Below are positions 39,874 through 51,406 of a DNA stretch of 64,000 nucleotides, in pieces (positions within the stretch are counted from its first letter, which is position 1; every line of letters starts with the position of its first letter). Made by a program: the position numbers and the translations under genes. Below the pieces are notes generated by a model that was not told the DNA's origin, searched no databases, and saw only the letters and a list, made by a program, of their open reading frames with translations. This DNA comes from an uncultured Alphaproteobacteria bacterium. Its GTDB lineage: Bacteria > Pseudomonadota > Alphaproteobacteria > Micropepsales > Micropepsaceae. The stretch is from NCBI GenBank assembly GCA_963805005.1, contig CAWDSJ010000001.1, positions 357,734 through 421,733 of the forward strand. The letters run 5' to 3'.

Positions 39874-40620
39874 TCAGCGGCTTGTAAAGGCGCCATCGAC
39901 CGCGATCGCCTGGCCGTGCACGAAACTGGCGGCGTCGTCGCACAGCCACAAAACGGCCGCGGCGATTTCTTCCGGTTGTCCCATCCTGCCCAACGGACTA
40001 TCTGCGGCCAGCGCGGAGACAAGCTCCTTGATCTGCTCTTTCTGCGTCATGGGCGTAACGATCATGCCCGGGCAGACGGCATTGATGCGAACGCCCTGTT
40101 TGCCATATTCGAGCGCGGCCGCTTTGGTGAGACCGACGACGCCGTGTTTCGCAGCGGTATAGGCGCCGCAATAGGCGGCGCCGGCGATGCCGGCGATCGA
40201 TGCGCAATTGACGATGGCGCCGCCGCCATGGGCGAGCATGGCCGGGATCTGATGGCGCATGCAGTGCCACACGCCGGTAAGGTCGATGGCGATGATCCGG
40301 TGCCAGTTTTCAATCGTGCAATCTGCGGTCATTCGGCCGACCTCGCCATCGATGCCGGCGGCGTTGAACGCCGCGTCGAGCCGGCCGTAACGCGCCACAG
40401 CCAGATCGACCGCCTGTTTCACCGACGCATCGTCGGTGACATCGCAGCCGACGAACTGGCACTCGCCGTTCGCGGCGCGTATCTGCGCCTCGGTCTCACG
40501 CCCGCCCGCTTCGTCACGGTCGACGATCGCCACGGCATAGCCCCTTGCGGCAAATGCCGCCGCCGTGGCCCGCCCGATCCCCGAACTCGCGCCGGTAACG
40601 AATGCCACCTTGCTGGCCAT
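39874..40620 (-). CDS. SDR-family oxidoreductase
   Basis: TGASSGIG, NAAG, YTAAK (YxxxK), RINAVCPG. Confidence 0.92.
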   Translation of the reverse strand: MASKVAFVTGASSGIGRATAAAFAARGYAVAIVDRDEAGGRETEAQIRAANGECQFVGCDVTDDASVKQAVDLAVARYGRLDAAFNAAGIDGEVGRMTADCTIENWHRIIAIDLTGVWHCMRHQIPAMLAHGGGAIVNCASIAGIAGAAYCGAYTAAKHGVVGLTKAAALEYGKQGVRINAVCPGMIVTPMTQKEQIKELVSALAADSPLGRMGQPEEIAAAVLWLCDDAASFVHGQAIAVDGAFTSR

Positions 40621-40759
40621 ATGCTTGCTCTCCTCAAAAACATGAAATGCGCGAACCGGCAGGCGGTGCGCAACAGCGCGACAACCGCCAGCATGAATGG
40701 AGACATCCGTCAGTCAAGCCCGAACGCCGAGCGGAGCTCATGCGCCGATCGGCAGGCCT

Positions 40760-40970
40760 TCATGGTATCCGGCGCGCAAAGGTAAGCGGCAGGCTCTGGA
40801 TCGCATGGCTCGCGATGTCGAGCCGGTAGGGGATATCCTCAAGCGGGACGGCCAAGCGGATAACCTTGAGCCGCCGCACGACCTCCCGCGTGACGACCTT
40901 TGCCTCCATGCGCGCCAAGGCCATGCCGACGCAGCGATGGATGCCGGCGCCGTAAGCCAGGTGCCGGCCC
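40760..40970 (-). pseudogene. Cytochrome P450 C-terminal remnant
   Basis: RHLAYGAGIHRCVGMALARMEAKVV...SLPLTF with no upstream P450 sequence. Confidence 0.75.
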
Positions 40971-41020
40971 AGAGCTGAGGCACTTGATTCCCGCTCCTTC
41001 CCGGCAAAGAGTGTGGCGAC

Positions 41021-41812
41021 ATGGGCAAGAAACGACACACGCACGGCAAGCACGAGGCCGGCGACGCCGCACACTATTCCGAGACGCTGCGCCAGTTGCA
41101 GATCGAACTCGTGAAGCTGCAACGTCAGCTGATCAAGGACGGCGCGCGCGTGCTGGTGATCGTCGAGGGGCGGGATGCCGCCGGCAAGGACGGCGCCATC
41201 AAGCGGTTGACCGAGCATATGAGCCCGCGGGAGACCCGGATTCACGCGCCGGGCAAACCCTCGAACCGCGAAGAGACGGAGTGGTATTTCCAGCGCTTCG
41301 TGCCGTATCTGCCGGCAGCGGAGGAATTCGTCGTCTTCAACCGTTCCTGGTACAACCGTTCCGGCGTCGAGCGCGTGATGGGCTTCTCCACCGAACGCCA
41401 AGTGGAGGAATTTTACGTTTCCGTCGTTCCCTTCGAGGAAATGCTGGTGCGCGACGGCATCGCGATCCGCAAATTCTATCTCGACATCTCCAGGCGCGAG
41501 CAGGAAAGGCGTCTCAAAGCCCGCGAGAGCGATCCGCTGACGCAGTGGAAGGTGTCCGAGGTGGACGAGGCGGCGATCAAGAATTGGAAAGCCTACAGCA
41601 AGGCGCGCGACGAGATGTTTGCCCGCACCAGCCATCCGCCGGTCCCGTGGTGTGTCTTGCGTGCCGACGACAAGAAGATCGCCCGGATCGAGCTGATCCG
41701 GGCCCTGCTGGCAGGCTTTGCCTACAAGGGAAAAGACGACGATCTCGCGACGCCGGATGCTTCGATCGTCTTTCCGTGGTCGCAGGACGCGAAGGACAAG
41801 ATCTGCGCGTAG
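41021..41812 (+). CDS. ppk2: Polyphosphate kinase 2
   Basis: VEGRDAAGKDG Walker A, WYFQRF, FNRSWYNR, DPLTQWK. Confidence 0.93.
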   Translation: MGKKRHTHGKHEAGDAAHYSETLRQLQIELVKLQRQLIKDGARVLVIVEGRDAAGKDGAIKRLTEHMSPRETRIHAPGKPSNREETEWYFQRFVPYLPAAEEFVVFNRSWYNRSGVERVMGFSTERQVEEFYVSVVPFEEMLVRDGIAIRKFYLDISRREQERRLKARESDPLTQWKVSEVDEAAIKNWKAYSKARDEMFARTSHPPVPWCVLRADDKKIARIELIRALLAGFAYKGKDDDLATPDASIVFPWSQDAKDKICA

Positions 41813-41842
41813 CCCGGTTCTCCTTTGCGGATAAGAGCGATG

Positions 41843-42028
41843 CCCGCCTCCCTTTGGGGAGGCGGGCGAGCCTGCGTAGCGTCGGCTGCCGATTACAGCC
41901 CGCGAGCCGGGTGGGGGCGGAAAAACATTGCGAGCATCTGTCGATGCGTCGCGATTCTCCCCACCCGAAAAATCCCGCTACGCTTCGCTCCGCCGGGGAT
42001 TTTTCGGCCTCCCCGCTGGGAAGGCGGG
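41843..42028. repeat. REPIN-like element of the CCTCCCC/GGGAGG type
   Basis: CCCGCCTCCC-TTTG-GGGAGGCGGG hairpin; CGGGTGGGG / CCCCACCCG arms; GAAAAATCCC...GGGATTTTTC hairpin; terminal CCTCCCC..GGGAAGGCGGG. Confidence 0.7.
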
Positions 42029-42071
42029 TTGGCATTCGAGGTGCCATCGACAGCGTGGATCTTGCGAAGAA

Positions 42072-43427
42072 CTATTGCGGCGAAACCGGTCCCGCCTTGA
42101 TATCGGGGTCGCTCAAGTGCGCCGCCTTCCAGCGCATGGCGGTAAAGATGCGGGTACGGCCCGATGGGTGGTCGTAGAACAGGAATTCCTCGAGCGGCGA
42201 AGGATCGAGCTTGCGGTATTCGGCAAGCTTGAGCGTCACGGTGGCGAACCCGTCAGGCTGGCGGGCGGCATTGAGGCCGAAAATATCGGCCTGCAACTCC
42301 ACCGTCCGCGTGATCGTGTTGGTGACCGGCGTTGCCAGCAGCAGGAAGGCGCTGAGCAGCGCATAAAGCACGGGCAGACCCGCCGGATCGTCGATCGACC
42401 GCACGTTCCAGTTGGCGTCGAACATGCCGGCGAGAACCTTGAATCCCCGATCCAGGAACAGGAACGCGACGAGGAAGATGAGCCCGTACCAGGTGATCAG
42501 CAAGGCGACATGGTCGAGGACGTAATGCCCCATCTCGTGACCGAGCACGGCCTCGATCTCCGCCGGGCCGCAGCGGTTGAGCAGATTGTCGCTGAGTGAA
42601 ATTCGCGTGGTGCCGAGAAATCCCGAAACATTGGCCGAGATGCGCGTGGTCTGCCGCGAGGCGTCAAACTCGGTGACGTTGTCCGTCGGGATGCCGTTGG
42701 CATGGGCCAGCGCAAGGATTTCGGTTTTCACCGGGCTCTCGCGCAATGGGCTGTAGTGGTTGAACAGCGGGTTGACGAACACGGGTGTGATGACGAGAAG
42801 CACGGCAAACAGTAGAACGGTAACCAGGGTCCCCCAGGCCCACCAAACTCGCGGCGCCGCACGAATGATGGCGTAGATCGGCGTCAGCGTTATGACGGCC
42901 CCGGCGAGGGCGAGCAAAAAGCCGATCGCGAAATCGCCGAACCACTGCGGAAAAGTCTGGTTCGACAGACCGTAGGCGTGTTCGCGGACGAATTGCTCGT
43001 AAAGGATGAGCGGGAAGGTCAGCGCTGTGACCAGCGGCACGAACATCGCCACATAGATCGCCGCCTGTAGGAAGCGCGAGCGGCTGACACCCTGTGCGAT
43101 GTTGCGCATGCCGGCCGAAATTCCGAGCCACAGCAGCAGCGCCGAAACGGCTATGGCATAAAGGGCATCGACGAGAAGAAGGACATAGCCGCCTTCGAAA
43201 TAGGCATCGGAGCGGGCGCGGGCGCCGCCGCCGACCCGCGCCAGATAGGCGTTGGTCGCCTTCTCGGGGTCGAACGGCTTGGCGGCGGGTTGCGGTGCGG
43301 GCGCCAGCGGCTGGACCATCACATGGGTCACGGGTGCGGCGCGCGGCACGGCTTGCGCGTAAGATCCGGTGGCCGGCACGCACGCAAGCGCAACCAGAAC
43401 CAGGAAGACCCAAAGCCTGAGCGCCAT
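42072..43427 (-). CDS. M48 (Ste24/HtpX-like) membrane metallopeptidase
   Basis: EIEAVLGHEMGHY (HExxH), ELQADIFG, DHPSGRTRI; multiple TM segments. Confidence 0.9.
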   Translation of the reverse strand: MALRLWVFLVLVALACVPATGSYAQAVPRAAPVTHVMVQPLAPAPQPAAKPFDPEKATNAYLARVGGGARARSDAYFEGGYVLLLVDALYAIAVSALLLWLGISAGMRNIAQGVSRSRFLQAAIYVAMFVPLVTALTFPLILYEQFVREHAYGLSNQTFPQWFGDFAIGFLLALAGAVITLTPIYAIIRAAPRVWWAWGTLVTVLLFAVLLVITPVFVNPLFNHYSPLRESPVKTEILALAHANGIPTDNVTEFDASRQTTRISANVSGFLGTTRISLSDNLLNRCGPAEIEAVLGHEMGHYVLDHVALLITWYGLIFLVAFLFLDRGFKVLAGMFDANWNVRSIDDPAGLPVLYALLSAFLLLATPVTNTITRTVELQADIFGLNAARQPDGFATVTLKLAEYRKLDPSPLEEFLFYDHPSGRTRIFTAMRWKAAHLSDPDIKAGPVSPQ

Positions 43428-43462
43428 CCACCTCTCCGATTCGAACCTGGCAAAGGACGCTA

Positions 43463-44617
43463 TCAGACGCGCGCGGGCCGCGGCAGCGGCCGGGACAGCA
43501 GTTCCCGGTAGAGCGCGATCGTCGCCGCACACATGCGCTCGACGGTGAAATTCTGTGCGACGACATCGCGGCCTTTGGCGCCCATCGCAGCGCGCCCGGC
43601 TGCGCCCGCATCGATCAGTCGGCGCAAAGCCGCTGCAAGCGCTTGAGCGTCGCCCGGCGGCACCAGCAGACCGGTCTCGCCGCGAACCACGGTTTCGCGC
43701 GAACCGCCATGATCGGTGGCGATGACCGCGCGTCCCATCGCGGCGGCTTCGGCGGCAACGCGGCCGAAAGCCTCCTCCTGGGTGGAGGCGGACACGACGA
43801 TGTCGGCGGCGAGATAGGCGGCCGGCATGTCGGCGACATGGCCGGCGATCGTCACCCGATCATTGAGGCCGCGCGCGGCGATGGCATGGCGCAATTCGCG
43901 TTCGTAGCCGGTGCGGCCTTGCGCATCGCCTGCGAACACCGCACGGATTCGTTGTTCTCTAAGCAGTGCAAGGGCTTCGATCAGCACTTCCTGGCCTTTC
44001 CAGCGCGTCAGGCGCCCAGGCAAGAGAACCAGGATCGTTGCCGGGTCCGCCCCCCACAGCCGCCGCAGCCCTTCGGCCCGGTCCGGCGCGACGCTTGCGG
44101 GATCGAAGTACTTGAGATCGACGCCGCGAGGTATGGTGACGATGCGCCTGGCGGGGAATTGCGAGGCGATATGCGCGGCTGTCCAGGCCGAATTGGCGAT
44201 CACCGCGTCGCCGCGCGCCATGACCGAGTTGTAGAAGCGCTTCAAGGCTGTACGCGCGGAATAGGAGCCGTGCCAGGTGGTCACGAAGGCAATGCGGGTC
44301 AGCCGTGCCGCCCATAGCGCGCTCCAGGCCGGTGCGCGCGAACGGGCATGGATGATCCCGACGTTGCGCGCGCGGATGAGATTTGCCAGCTTGAGCGCGT
44401 TGGCAGCAAGCGCGAAGGGCGACTTGGCGTCCAGAGGCAGGAACACCCACTCGCCGCCGGCCTGCTCCAGCTCGGCCACCATGCGCCCGCCCTGCGAGGC
44501 GACGAGCGGGCGAAACCCTTCCCGGGCCAAGGCCGCTGCGATCTCGATGGTCGAGCGTTCCGCGCCGCCGGTGTCCAGTTTCGGAATGACCTGGAGGACG
44601 GCGGTTGGCGCTGCCAT
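43463..44617 (-). CDS. Glycosyltransferase family 4
   Basis: VLQVIPKLDTGGAER, IHARSRAPAW, LPGRLTRWKGQ, EAFGRVAAEAAAMG. Confidence 0.92.
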   Translation of the reverse strand: MAAPTAVLQVIPKLDTGGAERSTIEIAAALAREGFRPLVASQGGRMVAELEQAGGEWVFLPLDAKSPFALAANALKLANLIRARNVGIIHARSRAPAWSALWAARLTRIAFVTTWHGSYSARTALKRFYNSVMARGDAVIANSAWTAAHIASQFPARRIVTIPRGVDLKYFDPASVAPDRAEGLRRLWGADPATILVLLPGRLTRWKGQEVLIEALALLREQRIRAVFAGDAQGRTGYERELRHAIAARGLNDRVTIAGHVADMPAAYLAADIVVSASTQEEAFGRVAAEAAAMGRAVIATDHGGSRETVVRGETGLLVPPGDAQALAAALRRLIDAGAAGRAAMGAKGRDVVAQNFTVERMCAATIALYRELLSRPLPRPARV

Positions 44618-44708
44618 AAGAGTAAGAGACGAACTAATGTTACGGTTAGGCATCTGCCTATCAATTCCCCCCGAGGGGGAGGCGGGTTGGACAATTCTGA
44701 ATCGACCA

Positions 44709-45483
44709 ATGTGCAGGTCTCGCGGCCTCGAGGGAAGGGCGGGGCTCACTGTTGCATGGCTGCTCTTGGCGCTCTTGGCGGCAACGGGTCCGGCCGGCGC
44801 CGCCAATCTCGCGGTTCTCGACGATCCGTCGCTGGGCGGCAAGGACCGCTATGGACGTTGCATGGAGCTCGCCAAACGCAACCCGCACGCGGCCGTTGAG
44901 CAGGCCGGCCGCTGGTACAAGGACGGCGGCGGCGGCGCGGCGCTGCATTGCGCGGCGCTCGCGCTGGCGGACCTCAAGCGCTACGGCGATGCCGCCCTCA
45001 AGCTGGAGGCCGCGGCGCACGAGCAGGGCCTGGCAGCCGCCATGCGCGGCGAGCTGTTGGACCAGGCCGGAAACGCCTGGCTGCTGGCGGAACGCCCCGA
45101 CAAGGCCGATGCGGCGCTCTCCGCGGCGCTCTCCTTCACGCCGCAGGACGAAGACGTGCTGGCCGACCGCGCGCGGGCGCGCGGGATTGAGAAAGATTGG
45201 TCCGGCGCCGAGGCCGATTTGTCGGCGGTGCTGTCGCTCGATCCCAACCGGGCGGACGCCCTGGTTCTGCGGGCGAGCGCTCGGCACGCCCAAGGCCGCC
45301 TGATCGATGCCCGCGCCGATATCGACCGCGCCCTCGCCATCGATCCCGGCTATCCCGAGGCGCTGGTGGAGCGCGGTACAATGAAGTTCGAGGCCGACGA
45401 CGCGGCGGGTGCACGCGCCGACTGGCTTGAAGTCATGCGCGAGGCACCCGGCACCGCCGCGTCGGCCGAAGCCGCCGCGCGGC

Positions 45484-45512
<29 letters not shown>
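44709..45512 (+). CDS. Exported tetratricopeptide-repeat protein (start uncertain)
   Basis: Signal-like [15 protein letters not shown] followed by repeated helical TPR units ([28 protein letters not shown]). Confidence 0.8.
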
Positions 45513-46609
<1,097 letters not shown>

Positions 46610-46629
<20 letters not shown>

Positions 46630-47255
46630 AATGGGAAACCGGCGGCTGTCCGGGTACCCGGTCCGAAAGCAGGGTGCGAAAGGCGGGCCGCGATTTCATC
46701 CGCATGTACCACTCCGCCATCGCGGGGAACTCGGCCCAGGGAACTTCGCCGAAATAGTCGAGTGCGGAGAGGTGGGCGGCGATGGCAAGGTCGCCCAGCG
46801 AGCATTCGCGGCCGGCGAGATAGCCGTTCTTCTCGGCCTGGTCGCCCAGGACGGCGAGAGCGGCGCGCAGCGCGTCGCGGCCGGCGCGGATTACCTCCAT
46901 GTCCGGGGCACGGCGCTGGGGGGCGCCGGTGAAGCGCTGCGAGGCTTTTTCGTAGACGATCCGGCGGGTGACGGAGTTCGAGAAAAGGGCCCATGGCCCA
47001 GTCGAGAATCCGCAAGGATTCCGCCCGCTGGGCGGGGTCTTCCGGCGCCATGGGGTGGTCGGGATAAGCGCCTTCCAGATGATCCACAATCGCCCACAGC
47101 CCTTGGGCGCGGTTGCCGTCCAGATCGATGAAGACGGGCAGGTGATCGAGCAAGTCCTCCGGGGTGACGGGGTCGCAGGTCAGCCGCTTCTCGGCGATGA
47201 GCAGCCGGGCGAAGCGGGAGGGGGGCGAAAGGAGGAGGTGGACGAGCCGACGCAT
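46610..47255 (-). CDS. fzlA: GST-like FtsZ-binding protein FzlA; +1 frameshift in a T4 run near 46983 (likely sequence error)
   Basis: [13 protein letters not shown] in one frame continues as VYEK...[15 protein letters not shown]...[12 protein letters not shown]...HYADIDA in another; adjacent to queG. Confidence 0.75.
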
Positions 47256-47548
47256 GACCGGACTGTAGGGGAATCCGGGCACCTTCTACCAGTACGCAAG
47301 TTCGATGCAGGGACGACGCAAGGCGGTTGCATGGATTCGGCGGCCTTTCGACGCGCAGTTTGCAGCTTGCCGGTCGGTCTTTTCGTCGAACTGCACGTAA
47401 AGGTTGTGATGCTGGCCGCGCCGGTCATGGCCCCGGGGCGCCCGCCTCGCCACGCCTAATTATGGGGACGGTATGAGCGCGGCCCGGCCGCCACCTGTGC
47501 GCCGCGGCGGAATCGGTCTATGACAACTACGAACGGGGAGGACATGCC

Positions 47549-48697
47549 ATGACAGATCGATTCGTCGAAACATCCAATCAGGGATTCTTTTCCCGCCTCG
47601 GCGGCGCGTTCGTCGGGCTGCTGTTCGGGCCGCTGTTCGTAATCGGCGCCATCGTGCTTTTGTCCTGGAACGAAGGCCGCGCGGTGGAAGCCGCAACCGG
47701 GCTGACCCAAGCCGCCGGATCGGTCGTCGAGGCGGCGGCCAATTCCGTTTTGCCCGCCAACGAAGGCAGGCTCGTGCATGTCATCGGCACGGCCGGCGCG
47801 CAATCGCCCATCCGGGACGGCGACCTCAATCTCGATTTCGGGGGACAGCTTGCGGTCAAGCGCACGGTCGAGATGTATCAATGGCGCGAGAAAAAGGAAT
47901 CATCGTCGCAGAACAATCTCGGCGGCGGCCAGACCACGACGACGACCACCACCTACGAAAAGGCATGGTCGGATGTGGCGATCGATTCCTCGACGTTTGC
48001 GCATGCCCAAGGCCACACCAATCCGCCGATGCCGCTTGGGTCGCGCAGCTTCGCGGCGAGCGATGCCAGGCTCGGCGGTTTCGTGCTCGATGCCGATACG
48101 CTCGGCTTGATCGATCCGGGCGCCCCGCTCGACCCGCAAGCGCCGGGCGGCTGGAAGAACGACACCGGCGGTCTTTACAAAGGCGACAACCCCGCCCAAC
48201 CCGCGATCGGCGATGTGCGCGTGCATTACGCGGGCCTTGCGTCCGGCTCGACGCTGTCGGTGCTGGCGCAGCAAAGCCACGGCGGGTTCGCCGCCTTTAC
48301 CGCGCCCAACGGCTACCAGATCCGCTTGGCGGCGGCAGGCAATGTTCCGGCGGCGCAGATGATCGCGCAAGCCCGCAAAGCGGCCGCGATGTGGACGTGG
48401 ATTCTGCGAGGGGTTGGCGCGCTCGTCATGTTCATCGGCTTCATGCTGTTCTTCGGACCGCTGGCGATTCTCGCCTCCATCCTGCCGTTTCTGGGTGCGC
48501 TCGTGCGCGGCGCCAGCGCCGCTTTCGCCTTCGTGCTGACGCTGCCGATCACGTTGGTGACGATCGCGGTGGCGTGGATCGCCTTTAGGCCGCTCATCGG
48601 CGGCGGGCTGATCGTCGTCGCGCTCGGCGTGTTCTATGCGCTGTGGCGCTGGCATCACGCGCGCACGCCAATGGCCGGTGCTGCAAAGCCCGCCTGA
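47549..48697 (+). CDS. TMEM43 (DUF1625) family membrane protein
   Basis: LSWNEGRAV, NEGRLVHV, VKRTVEMYQW, IGDVRV, TWILR, terminal TM helices. Confidence 0.85.
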   Translation: MTDRFVETSNQGFFSRLGGAFVGLLFGPLFVIGAIVLLSWNEGRAVEAATGLTQAAGSVVEAAANSVLPANEGRLVHVIGTAGAQSPIRDGDLNLDFGGQLAVKRTVEMYQWREKKESSSQNNLGGGQTTTTTTTYEKAWSDVAIDSSTFAHAQGHTNPPMPLGSRSFAASDARLGGFVLDADTLGLIDPGAPLDPQAPGGWKNDTGGLYKGDNPAQPAIGDVRVHYAGLASGSTLSVLAQQSHGGFAAFTAPNGYQIRLAAAGNVPAAQMIAQARKAAAMWTWILRGVGALVMFIGFMLFFGPLAILASILPFLGALVRGASAAFAFVLTLPITLVTIAVAWIAFRPLIGGGLIVVALGVFYALWRWHHARTPMAGAAKPA

Positions 48698-48721
48698 CGG
48701 ATGCTGAGCTTCATCGATTTA

Positions 48722-48985
48722 TTTCACCACGAAGGACACAAAGAACACGAAGGCGCATGAAGAGGCGAGTCAGGATCGTGCGGCTCTCGCGCGAAGCGCA
48801 GATGAAATCGGAAGCGCTTTTTAGCACGCGGAGGCGCGGAGCCCGCGGAGATGTGGTGCACCTTTTCCCTCCGCGCCTCGGTGTCTCCGCGTGAGATAAT
48901 TACTGAAAGTTCTATGCCTTCGGCGGGATGCCACGGCGGTTTCATCGCCTTCGTGTTCTTTGTGTTCTTTGTGTACTTGGTGGCG
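48722..48985. repeat. Nested REPIN-like composite (CACCACGAAG outer arms, CACGCGGAG inner arms)
   Basis: Perfect 20-bp IR 48736-48755 / 48946-48965; inner IR 48825-48833 / 48885-48893; core GCGCGAAGCGCAGATGAA. Confidence 0.8.
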
Positions 48986-49107
48986 AATGAGATCTCAGGC
49001 CCGCGCTGATATTGTGGAATACCCCCTGGGATGCTCCACCCTTTACCTCTTGCCGGCTCTTGGATCGATGTGTATGATCACGGTGACGAATACACATTGG
49101 CGAGCCC

Positions 49108-49323
49108 GTGCGGACCAATATTGAAATCGACGACAAGCTTCTCTCCAGCGCCATGTCTGCGACGGGACTGCCGACGAAGAAGGCGACGGTGGCGGAGGGC
49201 TTGCGCGTTCTCGTTCGCCTGCACGAACAGGTGGAAGCGCTGGACGACATGAAGGGACTGGGCTGGGAGGGAAGCCTCTCGCAGTTGCGCCTTGGCCGAA
49301 GCTCCCGCCGCCGGCGCCGATGA
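49108..49323 (+). CDS. vapB: VapB-type antitoxin
   Basis: MRTNIEIDDKLL...TKKATVAEGL ribbon-helix-helix; overlaps vapC. Confidence 0.88.
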   Translation: MRTNIEIDDKLLSSAMSATGLPTKKATVAEGLRVLVRLHEQVEALDDMKGLGWEGSLSQLRLGRSSRRRRR

Positions 49324-49709
49324 TCCTGGTCGACAGTTCCGTCTGGATCGAGCATTTGCGCGGACGCACCACGCGCGCGACGGTGAAGTTGCGCGCCGCA
49401 GCCGCCCGCGAGCCGTTGCTGGTTGGCGACCTCATTCTCCTGGAAGTCTTGCAGGGCGCCCGCGACGAGCCTCAGGCTGCCCGGATCGAGCGCGATTTGC
49501 GGCGCTATCAGATCGTCTCGCTTCTGGATCCGGATCTGGCGGCGCTCGGCGCTCGGAACTATCGCTTCCTGCGCGGCATGGGCCTGACAATTCGCAAGGC
49601 GGCGGATGTTATCATCGGGACCTTCTGCATCGAACGCGGTCATTCGCTGCTGCACGACGATCGGGATTTCGCGCCGATGGAGAAATATTTGGGCCTGAAG
49701 GCCGCATAG
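49320..49709 (+). CDS. vapC: VapC PIN-domain toxin
   Basis: MILVDSSVWIE, EVLQGAR, ADVIIG, LLHDDRDF. Confidence 0.9.
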   Translation: MILVDSSVWIEHLRGRTTRATVKLRAAAAREPLLVGDLILLEVLQGARDEPQAARIERDLRRYQIVSLLDPDLAALGARNYRFLRGMGLTIRKAADVIIGTFCIERGHSLLHDDRDFAPMEKYLGLKAA

Positions 49710-49830
49710 GCCGACACACGCTGCGCAGCTTCATCCGTGCATTTCACCACAAAGTTTACACCGATTGGGTATGGGCCCCGGAGGATGAAACGGGGAGATT
49801 TGCGGGCGCGGAACGGCGTCTGCGGGATTC

Positions 49831-50319
49831 CTACTTCTGGCCCCAGACGATCTGCGCCTGCGTCTTGCCGTTTTGAGTGGACGCCATCACCTGAAGCGAT
49901 TTCTTCTCCGAATTCGATGTAGCGGTGAACATGAGCATGCCGTTCATGTTCATGTTGGCCGTCTGGGTGAAGCCGGACGCGGCGGATTTCTGCTTGTAGA
50001 ACGCGATGACGGCGTCCGGAGAATCCGATGTCTCGACGACGATCGTGCCGCCGTTCGAGGTGCCGGTGCCCACCACGCTCGTCGTCACCTTGCCGCCGGG
50101 ATAGACCGGCACGAAAGCGGGCAAGCTGGCGCCGTTCAACCCATTGCTGCTGAAATTGACGGTTTCCTTACTCTTGGCGTCGGTGACGGTGATGTGCTGG
50201 CCGTTGCCGGAGACGCTCGCCGTGGTGCCGTTCTGCGAGACGACCACGTTCTGCTGCTTGTTCTGGTCGCAGCCGGCGAGGACGCCGGCGATGGCGAGAG
50301 CGAGAATGACTACGCGCAT
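49831..50319 (-). CDS. Hypothetical lipoprotein
   Basis: MRVVILALAIAGVLAGC lipobox; LPAFVPVYPGG and TSDSPDAVIAFYK pattern. Confidence 0.75.
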   Translation of the reverse strand: MRVVILALAIAGVLAGCDQNKQQNVVVSQNGTTASVSGNGQHITVTDAKSKETVNFSSNGLNGASLPAFVPVYPGGKVTTSVVGTGTSNGGTIVVETSDSPDAVIAFYKQKSAASGFTQTANMNMNGMLMFTATSNSEKKSLQVMASTQNGKTQAQIVWGQK

Positions 50320-50518
50320 GTTCCCCCCATTTATGTGTCGCTCCATTTCTGTCGCGAATTCGTGGCGAGTGCAAGACCATAGTCCCGGACCGATAACTGT
50401 CCTGTTCGTGGGCCGGGGCAACGGTGCGTTTCAACACGAAAGCACGAAGGACACGAACCCGGCGGCAAAACCGGAAGTCCGGGTACAGGGCAGGCATCGC
50501 GAAACGGTCCTGAAATAA

Positions 50519-50546
50519 GGCAATGGGCAGTAGGCGTTGGGCAATA
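50519..50546. repeat. Four degenerate heptamers GGCA(A/G)T(A/G)
   Basis: GGCAATG GGCAGTA GGCGTTG GGCAATA, with a partial inverted arm nearby. Confidence 0.45.
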
Positions 50547-50623
50547 GCGGGTGAAATAGCCACCTGTCGCCACTACTGCTTAATCCTTACCGCCTTCTTC
50601 CCGTGCGTCCGTGGCGAGATGTG

Positions 50624-51406
50624 CTATTCGAGAAGCACGTCGCGAATCCGGGCCAGGCCGCTCGTGTCGAGGGTGAGCGCTTCGGCGAGATAGCCTCCGA
50701 TGGAGCCGTGCTTTTTCTCCACGCTGTCGAACGCGGCCGCGATATAGCTCGGATGCGCCTCCAGCGCCGCGGCGGTCACCTCCGGTGAAATCCGTGGCCG
50801 GTCGGCAGATCCGGCCGCGGTGAAACGGTTGCGATCGAGCACGCGGTTGGTCAGCGCGTAATCCTCGACGACGGTGTCGCGCGGCACGCCCAGCGCGCAC
50901 AGCACCAGCGCCGCAAGCGTGCCGGTGCGGTCTTTGCCGACCGTGCAATTGAACACCAGCGGAACGTCGCCGCTGCCGAGCCGCTCAAAGACTTCGCGGT
51001 AGGCGGGCGCCTGCTCGTAGGGCAGCCGGCGATAGGTTGCGATCATGGCGGCGCGCGCATCGTCGGGCGTTGCAAGCTCCGATGTCAGGGCGCGATGAAG
51101 CTCGCCCAGACTGTGCGCATAGTCGCGGCACCAATATGTCACGCCGGCAACGTCGGCCCACGCATTCGGCTCGTTCTGCCGCTCCTCGCTGGTTCTGAGA
51201 TCGCACACGCTTTTGATGTTCAGCGCGGCCAGTGTGCCGTAGTCGGTCTGCGTCAGCCGGCCCATGCTGCCGGAGCGATAGAGCTTGCCCCAGCGCACGG
51301 TGCGGCCGTCCTGGGTCCTATATCCTCCCATGTCGCGGAAATTCAGGCCGCCTTCGAGCGGCGGCACGCGGCGGGCAACGTCTTCGGTCCGATCGTTCTG
51401 CGCCAT
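50624..51406 (-). CDS. Tyrosine-protein phosphatase (Y_phosphatase3 family)
   Basis: NFRDMGGY, KLYRSG, VCDLRT, NCTVGKDRTG (CX5R). Confidence 0.9.
   Translation of the reverse strand: MAQNDRTEDVARRVPPLEGGLNFRDMGGYRTQDGRTVRWGKLYRSGSMGRLTQTDYGTLAALNIKSVCDLRTSEERQNEPNAWADVAGVTYWCRDYAHSLGELHRALTSELATPDDARAAMIATYRRLPYEQAPAYREVFERLGSGDVPLVFNCTVGKDRTGTLAALVLCALGVPRDTVVEDYALTNRVLDRNRFTAAGSADRPRISPEVTAAALEAHPSYIAAAFDSVEKKHGSIGGYLAEALTLDTSGLARIRDVLLE

Noticed and set aside
50519-50580. Four-helix-bundle (IVS-type) gene cassette suggested by the heptamer repeats
   Set aside because: Only the short repeats are present; no such ORF lies between them.
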